64,000 bases of DNA from Hormiphora californensis (Eukaryota > Animalia > Ctenophora), in contig CM035358.1 of the NCBI GenBank assembly GCA_020137815.1, positions 372,001-436,000 on the forward strand, written 5' to 3'. Under the pieces are notes generated by a model. It searched no databases. It was not told the origin of the DNA and worked only from the letters and a program-made list of their open reading frames with translations. The position numbers and the translations under genes were made by a program. Below, piece by piece: positions 48,334 to 61,890 of the stretch (position 1 is its first letter; the number at the start of each line of letters is the position of its first letter).

Positions 48334-51300
48334 CAAGAGGAGAGACAGAGTGGTGATATGCACAATTTCTAGATACAGTGGGACTAGCATGGAGAATATC
48401 CTGGAGGGGGAATGGTGAATGGCAACAGCATAATAGGAGTGCATGTTGAGTAGGAGGAGAGAGGGAGAGAGAGGGAGGAGAGAGAGAGAGGTAGAGAGAG
48501 AGAGGAGAGAGAGAGAAGCGAGACGAGAGAGAGAGGAGAGAGAAGAAGAGAGAGAGAGGAGAGAGAGAGAGAGGAGAGAGAGGAGAGAGAGAGAGAGAGA
48601 CGAGAGGAGAGAGAGAGAGGAGAGAGGGAGAGAGAGAGAGAAAGAGAGAGGGGGATGGACGGGAGAGGAGAAGAATAGTGCGTGGATAATATTAAAAGTC
48701 GACACGGTGATACATGGTTATGAAGTGCAGTTGTGCATGTAATCTCTCAAGATCATGTGTGTGAATGCTTTTACTCATCAGAAGCTCCAGGGGGTGTCGA
48801 AGAGTAACGTGACTTTGCGGAACAGAAGTGCTGCACGTTGGGCATTATTCATGTAGTTGGTGGTGCATTGATTATATTGTGGTCGTTAGGAGTGAGGAAG
48901 AGTAAGAGAGAGAGAGGGAGGGAGGGAGAGGAGAGAGGAAGAAGAGGACGGGGAGAGAAGAATGGGGGACTGGGGGGGTGGGGGGTGAGGAGAGGGAGAG
49001 GTGAGAGGAGAGAGAGAGAGAGCGAGGGGCGGAAGATCTTCGACTAACAACCAAACGTACTTCTGTGTTCGTTTGGTTGGCCCTCCCTCCGAATATTTTT
49101 GTTTCTTTCATAGGCAAGCTAAGGTGGATGTTTAGTGAGGTTTCACAATATTCATATCGTGCCTTAGTTCGTTCATGTTTTTTGGAGGGATCACTGTGGA
49201 AATAAAATGACGGGTGTGAGCCACACATTGCCAGGCGTGGGTGGAGGAGTCCGGAGGTATCGACCTAGTAAATTAGATCATTCGTCTCGCTAGTCAGAAA
49301 CATTTTGTTCCATTCAAAATAGGGATTGCGGCGGAAAATGCTTGCACTTGTTCGACCCCCCCCCCCTCTCTGTCTCGTCTCTTGCTCTGTCTCGTATTAT
49401 GTCTAGGTCTGTCTATGAGTATGTCTAGATGGACTCTGAGCGATCCGAGATCTCTGATCGCTCTGATCTATCTCTCTCTCTCTATATCTCGCTAGCTATC
49501 TAGATCTCTATCGCGATGCGTCTTCTCTTTCGCTAGCGCGATATCGCTCTCTCCCTAGTCTCAGATCTCTCTCTCTCTCTCTCTACGCGACGCGCCCCGG
49601 GTTTGAACAAAACAAGAAATACGACAGTTACTGACAGACGCAACAGAAAAACAAACACCACAGTTTTGAATATCAATACACGTAATGATTATAGTCGTCT
49701 CCTCCGTCTAAATAGCACCATTCAGTACAGCCATTGAGATGTGGGTTGTTATCAGTTGGCCACAGGCACCTGAAATACAGGTCACTTTTCGGACTTTATA
49801 TGTAGTATCATTTGAAATTAAAATAATGTCCCTTTTCAATTGCAACAACTCGAAACAGCGAGATGTGCGTATCTCTAAATTCTTATTGCTGTTACTCATT
49901 AATACCTCTCACTAAGATTTATTGGATTATAGTTGTAATCCGGTTAAATAAAATTATAACCCCCGTCCTTGATTGAATAAACTGTGAAGAAGCCTTGATT
50001 ATTTTCTAATCCCCATTTTATATTATTTGAAATACTATCACTGGTTCCTATCACCAAGACAACCTATCCTGGCACAGAGGGACTGAGAGAGGCATAAAAT
50101 ATTAGAATGAATTAAGGTTTCATACGTCCCCCCCCCCCCCCCCGCGGCCCCCCACCCCCCCCCCCCCTTCCCTTTCTGCAACAAGTCTTCTGCGTTACAT
50201 GGTCACTAACTGCACGCTGCATCTACTGCTCATTCCTTTCCCCACTGAGTGCGCCCCCCAGTTATTCTTTTCTTTCGCCCATCTGCTTCCGCCACTGCCC
50301 CTTGCCTGCCCGGACGTAACCGGCCTCGCCTCCCCTCTCGATCGAGGAGCTGCCCTGTTCGACCGGCCCCCGACAATTTCGTGCCCCTGCGCCTCTCGGT
50401 GTCCGTAATCCGTTCTTCCCCGTGGCTTCCGTGACTCCCCTATCTTCGTGCACCCCGTCTTTCTCTTTGGCGTAGCGCTTTCGTTTCTTCATGACGGGGT
50501 GCGCTTCTTGACGTCCTATTATAGTGCCCCCACTTTTCTGCCTTCGTTGCTCCCCTCCCCCCTCAACTATCGATCTCCTCTGGACTCCTTCGAGAGAGAG
50601 GAGAGATGAGAGCAGGAGAGGAGGAAGACGAGGAGAGGGAGGGAGGAGAGAGATGAGAGATAGAGAGGAGAGAGAGAGAGGCAAGATGAGGCGAGGCGAA
50701 ACGAGAGAGGAGAGAGAGAGAGAGAGGGGGGGGGGAGAGAGGGGGCGAGAGATCCGCAGCAGTATAGATCTTTCCATTGGTGAAGAAATAATATGCTTTT
50801 ACAGAGACCCTATATCATTGTACTACCTAACGCTGTTAACCGCATATACATATATTCATCTTCTCAACCGGAGCGATCTTTTCTCAAGAATCAGACTACT
50901 TGCCAATACATAGAATTTGATAACTTTTTTCTGACCTAAGATATTGAGACCTAAATGATGGATGGAAACACTGTTGTGAACATCCTAAAACATCTTATAC
51001 AGTTCGGACCCCCAATTTCCAGCGCAAAACCTTTCCACCCGGAGCACCTGGTAAATGGAGGTCTGACTGTTACTATAACAGCGGTTGGTTGCTTACCGTT
51101 GCATTGAGACCAGCAAGCGTCTTTGAACATCCATAGGTGCAGCTGTCGCTCCGTCACCACGGGAACAGATGGGGCCCAGGAAGCACACTCCCAAGAGATT
51201 CTGGAGAAGAGTGGGGTTTTGTGGGCTCCCCACAGAGTGAGATTCTAAGGAAGAAGAGTGCGGGTTTTAGGTGGGCTCCAGAGAGAGATTTAGGAAGAAA

Positions 51301-53762
51301 GAGTGGTGGGTTTAGTGGGCTCCAAGAGTGAGTATTCTACGGAGAAAGAGTGGGGTGGGTTAGTGGCTCCCAGAGAGGATTCTTCTAGGAAGAAAAGAGT
51401 GGGGTTAGTGGCTCCCAGCGAGATTCTAGGGAAAAAGAGTGGGGTGTTAGTGGGTCCAGAGAGATTTAGGAAGAAAGAAAAGAGTGGGGTTTAAGTGGGC
51501 TCCCAGAGAGATTCTAGGAAGAAAGAGTGGGGTTAGTGGGGCCCCAGAGTGAGATTCGAGGAAGAAAGATTGGGTGTTAGTGGGAATCACCAGAGTGAGA
51601 TATAGAGAAGAGGGTTTGGTGGTTAGTGGGCTCCAAGAGAGATTCTCGAAGAAAGAGTGGGGGTAGTGGGCTCCCAGAGTGAGATTCTAGGAAGCAAGAG
51701 TGGGGTTAGTGGGTCCCAGAGTGAGATTCTAGGAAAAGAGTGGGGTTAGTGGGTCCAGAGTGAGATCTAGCGAAAGTAGTAGTTTACAATTCAGGAGAGG
51801 CTTCCCGGTAGGTGTCTGATCCAGGGAGATTCAAAGGAAGGGGTAGAACAAAAGGTGGTGAGATGGACATACACAATGCAGAGCGAGACAGAAAAGGTCA
51901 TTCATAGAAATGGGGCATTAAAGTAACTTTTGAATTGAAAATGGTAAGTTAGGGCAGTCGAGAAATCATGGCTGAGAACATATATATATTTGGAGAGATG
52001 AATGACAATCTCAAAGCACGTATCTTGTATGAAGTATCCAATTCCCAATTTCGAAATCCACCGAGAGCGAATAAATTGTTTTTCCTGAGCGTTCACACAT
52101 GTGCAAAGTGGATTAGCTTCAGTTTTGCATGCCCTCTCAGTGATCAGGTCCACCCTAGTATACAGTTATAATATACCATCACTGCTGGAAGCGCAAAGGG
52201 TTGCCATTCCCCCTCCCCCCAAAAGCGCCGCCAGAAGAACGAAGTGTTATATGTTTTTATGGGTGTTTTGCCTGAAAACCTAGATTTCAGGAAGGTTATA
52301 GCGCTGGCTCTCTTTCATCCGTTGTTGACTGAAATTTGGAAGTTATACCCAGACTTGGCTTAGGGTCTTTGATTCAAGTTTTAAAATTTCAAGTCTCTAT
52401 CTCATCTGGAACCGAAGTTACATACAGGTTCCATTGCCATAGTAATTCAGGATAACACATATGCGTGCATGTACGCGTAGGAGAGAGCTTTTTATAAAAC
52501 CATATTCACGCCAAACGAAAAGAGATAGAAACTTCTCGTTTCACAGCTGGAGACCCCTACATGATGTGTGTGCATTAGTCGATTGTGAGGTCCTTTAATC
52601 GCCAGGAACGTCCACAGAACGTACTTAAAGTCGTTATTTTCAGACTCTGACTAAAATTCTTTGAGCTCATTTTACACCCATGAAGGGACGGATTCAATCA
52701 AAAATCGAAAGACTATATCATAGAAGAGGAATGTTGAACTTTCAGAAACTATATAGCGAATTTAAAAAACTAGACGTATAAGGGTCTTAAAACGCGTCAA
52801 AGTGTTAGACTGTTAAAAATAGATATGACGATATGGGTTTTTCGCCATACGGACTCAAATCTCATCCAATCGATCTCAACTTGGGCAGTATTTCATCTAG
52901 GTAATCTCGATGATATGACGTCATCATATGACGTCTACACGACGTGACGTCTTTTATGACGTCAAATGAAAATTTGCAAATTGGTGATTTCCATCCTACT
53001 CCTTACCTGTTCCTACTACATCTAAATGGTAAAAAATCCCAAAAAAGAAGCAAATATACCAAAAATAATTGAAATATGTAGGCCGGAAAGGTGCCTATGA
53101 TTTGAGCACTTTGAACCAGTACATTTCCTTTTGAAGTAGAAGAAGCATCGGTTATACCTGTCTGTACCCCGTGAATGTTCGGTGGGCAAAGGTAGCTCAA
53201 ATCAAGGGCAACCTTTCGGCCTACTAATTTCAATTAGTTTTGGTATAATTTAAGTATACTATCTTGCACGTTCCAGAATATTAAGCGAGAGTGGACACAC
53301 AGATTCTGTGTCGGTCCACTTTAAATGTTCGGTTCCGTCCCTACTAAAATAGTTCGACGCGACGCGACGCGCGCTCGATGAACGATCGATAAACGATCGA
53401 TATCGATCGTTTATCGATCGTTTATCGATCGCGCGTCGCGTTGCGTGACGCAATGCGTCGAACTATATTTTAGTAGGGGTAAAACCGCCTGTGATACTTC
53501 CACTCGACTAGCAGAATAATTAGTTTTCTCTTCCTAAAGTAAATTCGTGTCGTCCTATTTCCCTCACTCTCTCTCACTCTCTAAATTCCTCTTTTGTTTG
53601 CTTGTTAAGGTCATAAGGAACCTCCCATATTATTCCAGAGTTATTCAGGGTGTTTTCATTTCTAGGTCGACCCTGCCTCCCGCCGGAATTCTACCCACGA
53701 ACACTGCCTATATAAACATATAATATCGCATATTATATGCCTTGATGATTTAAAGGGTACAC
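47871..53762 (+). repeat. Segmental repeat copy 2 (lacks the first ~1 kb; ends at the Kolobok-like terminus)
   Basis: Duplicate ORFs 41830/50199 and 41880/50249, with many 1-nt indels relative to copy 1. Confidence 0.9.
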
Positions 53763-54887
53763 CCGCTCATTCTATCGTATCAGACCTACATTGCATGACC
53801 GAGTCATGACTTCTCGGTATTGCAATATATCAGTTGATTGGTTTTCAGTATTGGAATTTGGACTCGTAATATATATAGTCGTAAAAGAGCTGAAATGTTC
53901 CCCACTTTATAAGATCTAGATGACGCGGCCAGCATTGACAAAGAGTTTAAGAGGAGAGTTATCTATTGCTTGCTCCCTCTTCCTCACGTGCTCTGGGCAT
54001 CGCGAAGACCGGTTTAGCACAAACTGTAGGCGAGTGAAGATCGGTGTTGATTTATTTGTCAACAGTTTTCCTTAGAAACACGCTGGAAATTCGTTTGATT
54101 AATTTTTGAAGTTTTGAACGAAATTAGAAAATTTCAGCGAAGCCCTGCAGTCATATATCTCAGCACAGCGAAACTAAACTTCAAGCTTGATTACTTTTCA
54201 AAAATTAATCAACTTTTCACAGTAACTAATATAACCCTCTTTATCCAATATCTGCAGGTGTTACACCTTGGTAACAGTCCCCATTGCCAACGTTACCAAG
54301 GATTCCGCGTGCATTTAGAGGGTGCAGGTACTGTAGCAAGAGTTTCTTCGGACGGTGTAACAATCCGCGTGTTCCCTGCATTCTGTAAAGAGGTAGAACA
54401 TTAGAAAATATATACCAAGAATATATTAAATATTTTATAGTTGTTGTGAATAAATACCGAAAATATAATGTGAATGGTTGAAACAGTTTTTAGAACTACT
54501 TTTTATTTCTTGTAACCGAGCATATTATGTTCAGTTCTGAGTTTTAGATATTATATTCTCTCCGATAGCAGACCATTGAAACACTTCTTATTCTACTTTA
54601 TCAGTACTTACATCTTAGCAAACTATAAAATCTGGCTTTTTTCTGGCCTTTTGACTTTTTATCCGGCTATTTTTCATCTGGATAAAGAACTCTTGATAAA
54701 TTTAAAACTAATCCATGAAATATTGTTTGTTTGTTTGTTTGTCACTAAACCATGGGATACGCTCAGCAAACCTCCATACCAACCCGGGTATGTGGTAACT
54801 ATGGCGCTGAGTCACTTTCTCTCCCCTGGGAGAGAAAGAGACTCATGGTTTAAATTTCTGGAACATTCGATAGGATCTTGGTCCGTT

Positions 54888-55030
54888 AGGTAACGTTTTG
54901 CCTTTGAGGGGGTCTTGGTCGGGTAGGTAACATTTTGCCTTTGAGAGGGTCTTGGTCTTGAAAATAGGTAACGTTTTGCCTTTGAGAGGGTCTTGGTCGG
55001 GTAGGTAACGTTTTGCCTTTGAGAGGGTCT
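54888..55030. repeat. 37-41-bp tandem repeat x4
   Basis: AGGTAACGTTTTGCCTTTGAGAGGGTCTTGGTC units. Confidence 0.85.
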
Positions 55031-55379
55031 TTGTCTGGTTTGATGTTTATCGTATTTGTTGGTCTGTCTGGGGCACACTCTCAAGCTATGTCTTGTCTTA
55101 CTCTTAATTATTGAATAGTCAATTACATTCACAATATCAACTGTAATAATAATAATAATAATATCAGCATTTGTATACACGCTCAGACCCTGTAGAATAC
55201 TAGAATCTAAAAAACCCTAGTAACACAGAGCATCAGAGCGGTTCACCTTAGCTGCGAATCCCTAAAAAATATAATAAGTTGTAATGTCTATAATAATCCA
55301 GTTTAATTGTCCAGTGCTCTGATGCTCAAAAAATCCGGTAACAAAACCTATCATCAGTCCCACACACACGCCCACACAC

Positions 55380-57481
55380 TCAAATCACCACCTCCACCAC
55401 CTTGCCTCCTCTGATTCCAAAGGTCTTCCCAGGTTTCTCCTCCTTCCTCGCCCTCAGGGGGGGGTGACACGTAACACTTTGTAACACTTTGTAACATGTA
55501 ACGTGCACAAAAAGTTTTCTGCACATGTTACAAAGTGTTACATAGTGTTACAAAGTGTTACATAGTGTAACAAAGTGTTACATAGTGTTACATAGTGTTA
55601 CATAGTGTTACAAAGTGTTACAAAGTGTTACAAAGTGTTACATAGTGTTACATAGTGTTACAAAGTGTTACATAGTGTTACAAAGTGTTACATAGTGTTA
55701 CAAAGTGTTACAAAGTGTCACAAAGTGTTACAAATTGTTACAAAGTGTTACAAATTGTTACAAATTGTTACAAAGTGTTACAAATTGTTACAAAACACAA
55801 GGATTTGTAGCGAAGCAAATTTTCAACGGTTGGTGAATAAGTAATTTGAACGACTTTGGTGTCTTTCTAGAACACATCTAAAAGTTTTAAATCATTTCTA
55901 GGGTTAAAACATACACTTTTTTACTAATTTGCGGATGTTTTGAGCCTCCGATGTCATCGACTGTGGAAATCAGGGCTGAAATAGTCCATTTGGTAAAGAA
56001 AAATATGAACTTTAGACAACGGTAAAGTTTTTAGAGTGATATTAGAAGTATTGTGCCTCTCAGAGGCCCCCAATGTGCTGAGTCACCTGTGAGTTGTGAC
56101 CCAATTGACTTTTTTTCATAGGTAATCGATTCTTTGTACTTAATAAAATGATATACGACGTTTCTGTTGGAAAAAGAAATAAAATTTTTCCAAAATCAAT
56201 TTTTTGGTCAAAGATTGAAAATGTGCTTCGCTACAAATCCTTGTGTTTTTGTAACAATTTGTAACACTTTGTAACAATTTGTAACACTTTGTGACACTTT
56301 GTGACACTTTGTAACACTATGTAACAATTTGTAACACTTTGTAACACTATGTAACACTTTGTAACACTATGTAACACTTTGTAACACTTTGTAACACTAT
56401 GTAACACTTGTAACACTATGTAACACTTTGTAACACTATGTAACACTTTGTAACACTATGTAACACTTTGTAACACTATGTAACACTTTGTAACACTATG
56501 TAACACTTTGTAACATGTAACGTGCACAAAAAGTTTTCTGCACATGTTACAAAGTGTTACAAAGTGTTACGTGTCACCCCCCCCCCTCAGCTCAGAAACC
56601 AACTTCCTCCTCTCCTCTCTCTCCTCTGGTGAACGATCAGGGGATATGTAAATATCCTTGTAATCTTGAGAGTTCTTCAGACTACTCTTGCTGGATAGAA
56701 CCCGATCTCGGAAATTCCGGCCACTCAAACGCAGCTTGACTGGTCGGTTAGTACCCTCCTTGAACCTACCGAGACGCTCCATACCCCAAACATTGGTAGT
56801 ACACTCGCCCATTTTATCAAACAGGCGCCTGACATCCAACTCCAAATCGGTGTTGTTTTCACTTTTACAATCATCCAATCCATGGACAATCAAATTGCTC
56901 ATTCTGTCTTCTGTTGCACTGCTAATTGCTGTGCTGATTCTCTTCGGAGCTAGGGCTGTATCACATCGCTTCTTGAGAACAGAAGAAAAGGTCTTGATTT
57001 CCTCTTCTGCTGTGGACTGTACCGCAGTTATCTCCTTATCTCGCTTCTCTAACAATTCACACTGCAATTTAACGAGCTGTCCCTGGGCCTCCACCAGTGC
57101 TCGCTGAGAAGCAATCAGCTCCTCTTGGCCATCCAATAGCCTCCTCTCACAGTCCTCAACTTCGTTACTCAGGCGGTCAAGCAGCGGGTAACACCTCTCC
57201 ATTAGGAAACGACAAACCTTCTCCGTGAAATCCTCTAGTTCAGGCTTTTTAATCCCCTTGATCTTACTCTTAGTCGGACACTTCAAGCTGTCCCACACAC
57301 TACGACCGGCAGTCAAACTCTTCGGGAAGGAATCCTTAATACCAGCATGTGAAAATAGGTCCCGTGCCAGGTCAAATAGCTCGCCCTGCACTTCACCATA
57401 AACACTTCTCTGTACCCTTTCATCGCTATACACTCTCAGCCGGTCTTTGAAACTACAAGCAGAGGCTGTACTACCGCTCAT
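55380..57481 (-). pseudogene. LINE ORF1p-like protein (coiled coil + RRM-like, CR1/L2 type), about 322 aa when reconstructed, split by a transposon
   Basis: Coiled coil followed by NLIVHGL, RLGRFKEGTNRPVKLRL and IYISPDRSPEEREERRKLVSEL. Removing 55457-56586 and one TSD restores RARKEEKPGKTFGIRGGKVVEVVI-TGA(55380-55382). Confidence 0.8.
55457..56586. mobile_element. Foldback DNA transposon with poly-G termini and 10-bp subterminal arrays (Harbinger-like)
   Basis: TCA|GGGGGGGGTGACACGTAAC...GTTACGTGTCACCCCCCCCCC|TCA. (AAAGTGTTAC)n at 55505-55795 is inverted at 56250-56515. Confidence 0.8.
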
Positions 57482-57929
57482 AGCAGGAGAGATAGATATC
57501 TCACAATTAGAGAGATTCGCAAGCAGAATAGAGATAAGGGAGCTCTGACCAAATGTGATGTGAGAACTGAAGGAAATACAATAAATGAACAAACAATACG
57601 GACAGGTGAACTTACGACCTTGATGAATGATTGGTACCGTGATGTAGTTGGTGATGAGATGAGAGGTGTAAACATTTCCAATGGTGACAAAGAACGAAAA
57701 CGATCAAACACAAACAATGGGTTGGGCAGATTGTAGCACCACTAGAGTGTAAAATGTTCTAGAAGACGATTCGGATGAGATAGATAATAACATTTGTTAG
57801 TTGTTACACGCGATAAGCGACTTAGTGCACCAAAACACAAGGATTGTCTCTGTAGTGTGGTGTTTTGCAATGTCCGCTATATTGGGAGAGGTGGGTGGGG
57901 GAGGGCGGGTGGGGGTGGGGCGGGGGGTA

Positions 57930-59401
57930 ATATTGGACAAAAATGTTGCTGTAATTTAGTAATGAGACCAGGCCAGGCCCGAGAGACAGTTCAGTGGTAA
58001 CTGGGGGGTCATGTGTGATGGAAATGAGAACTAGAGGCAGATTTGAGTTGCATTTTATTGAGGAAAATAGCCCTTTTTGGTGTCTGAGACAAGCAAAAGT
58101 GAAACGAAATGCAACGTGACGAACGAGTAATGAATAGAATTCTGCTATGTGACTTGTTAGTGCTCCTTTATCAAACACGCAATGGCAAAGTACAAAGTTT
58201 CCCAAATTTAATTAAATGCGAAATTCTAAAGTTTTGGTCGATTTTGGCCAAAATTGCTGCCCTAAACTAACTATTGGACTGTGCGTTGCCGGGGAGACTG
58301 CTCGCTGGTGACTGAGAGATCATATGTTCTCGAATATTGGTATTTGAGGCGGATTTAAGTTGCATTTTAGTGTGGGGAAGAGCTCATATTGGACAAAAAT
58401 GTTGCTGTAATTTAGTAATGAGACCAGGCCAGGCCCGAGAGACAGTTCAGTGGTAACTGGGGGGTCATGTGTGATGGAAATGAGAACTAGAGGCAGATTT
58501 GAGTTGCATTTTATTGAGGAAAATAGCCCTTTTTGGTGTCTGAGACAAGCAAAAGTGAAACGAAATGCAACGTCTTGACGGTAGGTTTAAAGGACATGTT
58601 ATCAAAGCAGCAGAGAAAGATCGTAATCGCCGCTCTCACTTGGGGGGTAGGGTTCGCCATGGTCCCGAAACTTTTCATGATATGGTCCCGTACTTTTCAT
58701 ATATATTTTCATATGTATATATGTATATAAATGATTATATTACATTTAAATGATATGGCCCAGTTTGTTTAGTTGTACCCCTGTGCAAAGAATCTACAGG
58801 GAAAGCTCAGCCCACGAATATACAAATACAAATACAATTAACGTTTATATTCCGCTTTGGGGCTAAATAAATGCTAACACTAATCAGAATAAATAAATGC
58901 TAACACTAATCAGAATCGTGGATGCAGATTACAAGATTACAAGATGTAGTGACAGAGCCCTCGCAAGCAGGGTCCATGGACTATAAGCCCCGGTAGGAGT
59001 CGCATTTACCCATACCGGGGCTTACAGTCCCTCTGCAAAAGTCTCGCGAGACTTTTCCGCATTTTTACGCCTTTTTTGCAAAATTTTGATTTTTAAACCA
59101 CCATTTTTTTTGGGGCGCCGTTACGATCTGGGTGTTTGGAGGCCTGTTTACAGGTGCGCGCTGCCAAAAAAGTTGATTCACTAAAATGGCTCTAACCGCC
59201 AAACCACTCAACATATTGGACAAAAATGTTGCTGTAATTTAGTAATGAGACCAGGCCAGGCCCGAGAGACAGTTCAGTGGTAACTGGGGGGTCATGTGTG
59301 ATGGAAATGAGAACTAGAGGCAGATTTGAGTTGCATTTTATTGAGGAAAATAGCCCTTTTTTGGTGTCTGAGACAAGCAAAAGTGAAACGAAATGCAACG
59401 T
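57930..59401. repeat. Three ~188-bp direct repeats (57930-58117, 58386-58573, 59213-59401)
   Basis: ATATTGGACAAAAATGTTGCTGT...GAAACGAAATGCAACGT, near-identical in all three. Confidence 0.9.
58574..59212 (-). mobile_element. Short cassette: head motif copy C plus two outward LINE-tail stubs
   Basis: Head at 59112-59207 (-), (TTACAAGA)2 at 58929-58944 (+), and AAAGCGGA..GTATTTGTATTT at 58858-58824 (-). Confidence 0.55.
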
Positions 59402-59809
59402 GACGAACGAGTAATCAATCCATGAAATATTTAATCGTCAAATATGTTTAAACTGAGCACTGAGGCAGTGACCACATATTGGACGCACTGATCTCTGTTA
59501 TACTGCTATACTGAGTGACTAGCTCAGTACTGCGTTGCATGTGGTACATTTTATTATTCTATGTTTTTACTGCAAATTGTATTATATCTGGTAATGCAGC
59601 TCTTAGCAACTTGATGAATAACGGTGCTCTTTCGAAAAATGTTAAAACCCTGAGCCCTGGTGCTGCATGTTAGTCAGATCACTCCTTCCTCCCTGTTCTA
59701 ATATTGTCTTTCCTGAGAAACAACGTGCAGCAGATGGCCATGGCTTTAAATTATTTCGAGGGAGAGGGGTGAGAGAAAGAGAGAGAGGGAGAGAGTGAGA
59801 GAGGAGAGA

Positions 59810-59901
<92 letters not shown>

Positions 59902-61784
59902 CAGAGAGACAGAGTGGTGATTATGCACACTTTCTAGATCACGTGACTAGCATGGAGAATATCCCTGGAGGGGGAATGGTGAATGGCATACAGCATAATA
60001 GGAGTGCATGTTGAGTGAGAGAGAGGGAGGGAGAGAGGGAGGAGGAGAGGTGAGGAGAGGGGAAGAGAGAGAGGAAAGGGGAGAGGGGGGGAGAGAAGAG
60101 AGGAGAGGAGAGAGAGAGGAGGGAGGGGAGAGGAGAGAGAGAGAGAGAGAGGGGAGTAAGGAGAGAAAAGAGAGAGGGGAGAGAGAGAGAGGGAAAGAGA
60201 GAGGGGGATGGGGGGAGGAGAAAAAATGGGGGATAATTTAAAAAAGTCGAACGGGAAAGGGTTATGAAGTGCAGTTTGATTTTAATTTCTTCAAGTCAGT
60301 GTGTGAATGCTTTTTCCTCAAAAGCTCCAGGGGGGTCAAAAAGGTTTCACTTTGATTTTGGGGAAACAAAATTGGCGGGCCCTTTGGGCTTTTATTGGGG
60401 GTGTTGTGGGGTTTGCTTTTGTTTATATTTGGTCTGGGAGGGGAAAAGAGTAAATGAGAGAGAGAGGGGGGGAGGGAGAGGGGGAGAGAAAAAAGGACGG
60501 GGAGAGAAGTTTGGGGGATGGGGGGGGGGGGGGGGGGGGGAAGGGGAAAGAAGAGGGTAAAGGGAGAGAGAGAGGGGCGAGGGGGGGGAAAGAATCCCTT
60601 AAACAACAACGTACTTCTTGTGTTCGTGTTGGCCCTCGAATATTTTTTGTTTCTTTCATAGGCAAGCATAAGGTGGGATGTTCTAGTGAGGTTTCACTAT
60701 ATTCATATCGTGCCTTAGTTCGTTCATGTTTTTTTATGGGGTCACTGTGGAAAAAAAAATGACGGGTGTGAGCCAAAAAAAAATTGGGGCCCGGGGTGGG
60801 GGGGGAGGGGGAGGGTTTCCAAAATAGTTAAATTTAATTTATAGGGCCCCATTCAGAAAAAAATTTTGGTTTTTATTCAAAAAAGGGATTTCGGTGGAAA
60901 AAAGGTTGGGGGGGCGAAAGTCTTCTTTCTTTCCGAAGAACCACGAGAAGAAAATCTTTTCTACTCTTCTCTCTCTCTTCTCTCTTTTCTCGTCTCATCT
61001 CTCTTTTAAACTCTCCTCTCCTCTCTCTCCTTCTCTCTCTCTCTTTTCTCTCTTCCCCTATCTCTCTCTCTCTATTTTCATTGGCCCCCTATTTAAACCC
61101 TCAGTTTTGAAAATTGGGGTTTTTAGTTTTTTTTCATTTTCCGACAAATAAGCAAAAAAAAGACAAAAAAACCCCAAGGGGTTTTAATGTCAAACACTTT
61201 GATATGTCGTTTTCTCCGTCTTTAAAAAGCACCCCCTCAGACAGAAAATTCAGATGTGGGGTTTTTATCAGTCTTGGCCCCCAGGAACCCGAAAAATTTC
61301 CCGGGCAACCCTTTGGGATTTAAGGTAGTTATCATTTGAAATAAAATACTGTCCCTTTTCAATTGCAACAACTCGAAACAGCGAGATGTGCTGTATCTAA
61401 ATTCTTATTGCTGTTTACTCATTAATACCTCTCACTAAGATTTATTGTATTTATAGTGTATCAGGTTAAATAAAATATAACCCCCGTCCTTGATTGAATA
61501 AACTATGAAGAAGCCTTGATTATTTTCTAAATCCACATTTTATAATTATTTGAAATAATATCAATGGTTTCATATCACCAAGAACCTATCCTAGGCACAG
61601 AGGGAGATGAGAGAGGAATAAAATATTAGAATGAATTAAGGTTCTCATACGTTCATTTCTGCAACAAGTATTTCTGCAAGTTACATTGGTCGCTGTTACA
61701 ACACGTATTGTAGAGAAAGAGAGAGAGATAGAGAGAGGTAGAGAGAGCGAGAGAGAGAGATAAAGAGAGATAGAGAGAGGGATC

Positions 61785-61890
<106 letters not shown>

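Larger units (their letters stand above)
54725..59416 (-). mobile_element. 4.7-kb composite retro-insertion with 15-bp TSD, (AAAC)n tail and ORF1 but no RT
   Basis: AATCCATGAAATATT at 54710-54724 and 59417-59431, with the empty site at ~39444-39457. (GTTT)n at 54725-54741. Confidence 0.8.

Noticed and set aside
58650-58675. CATGGTCCC as the start of an HDV ribozyme
   Set aside because: No P3/L3/P1.1 elements follow; a short chance match.
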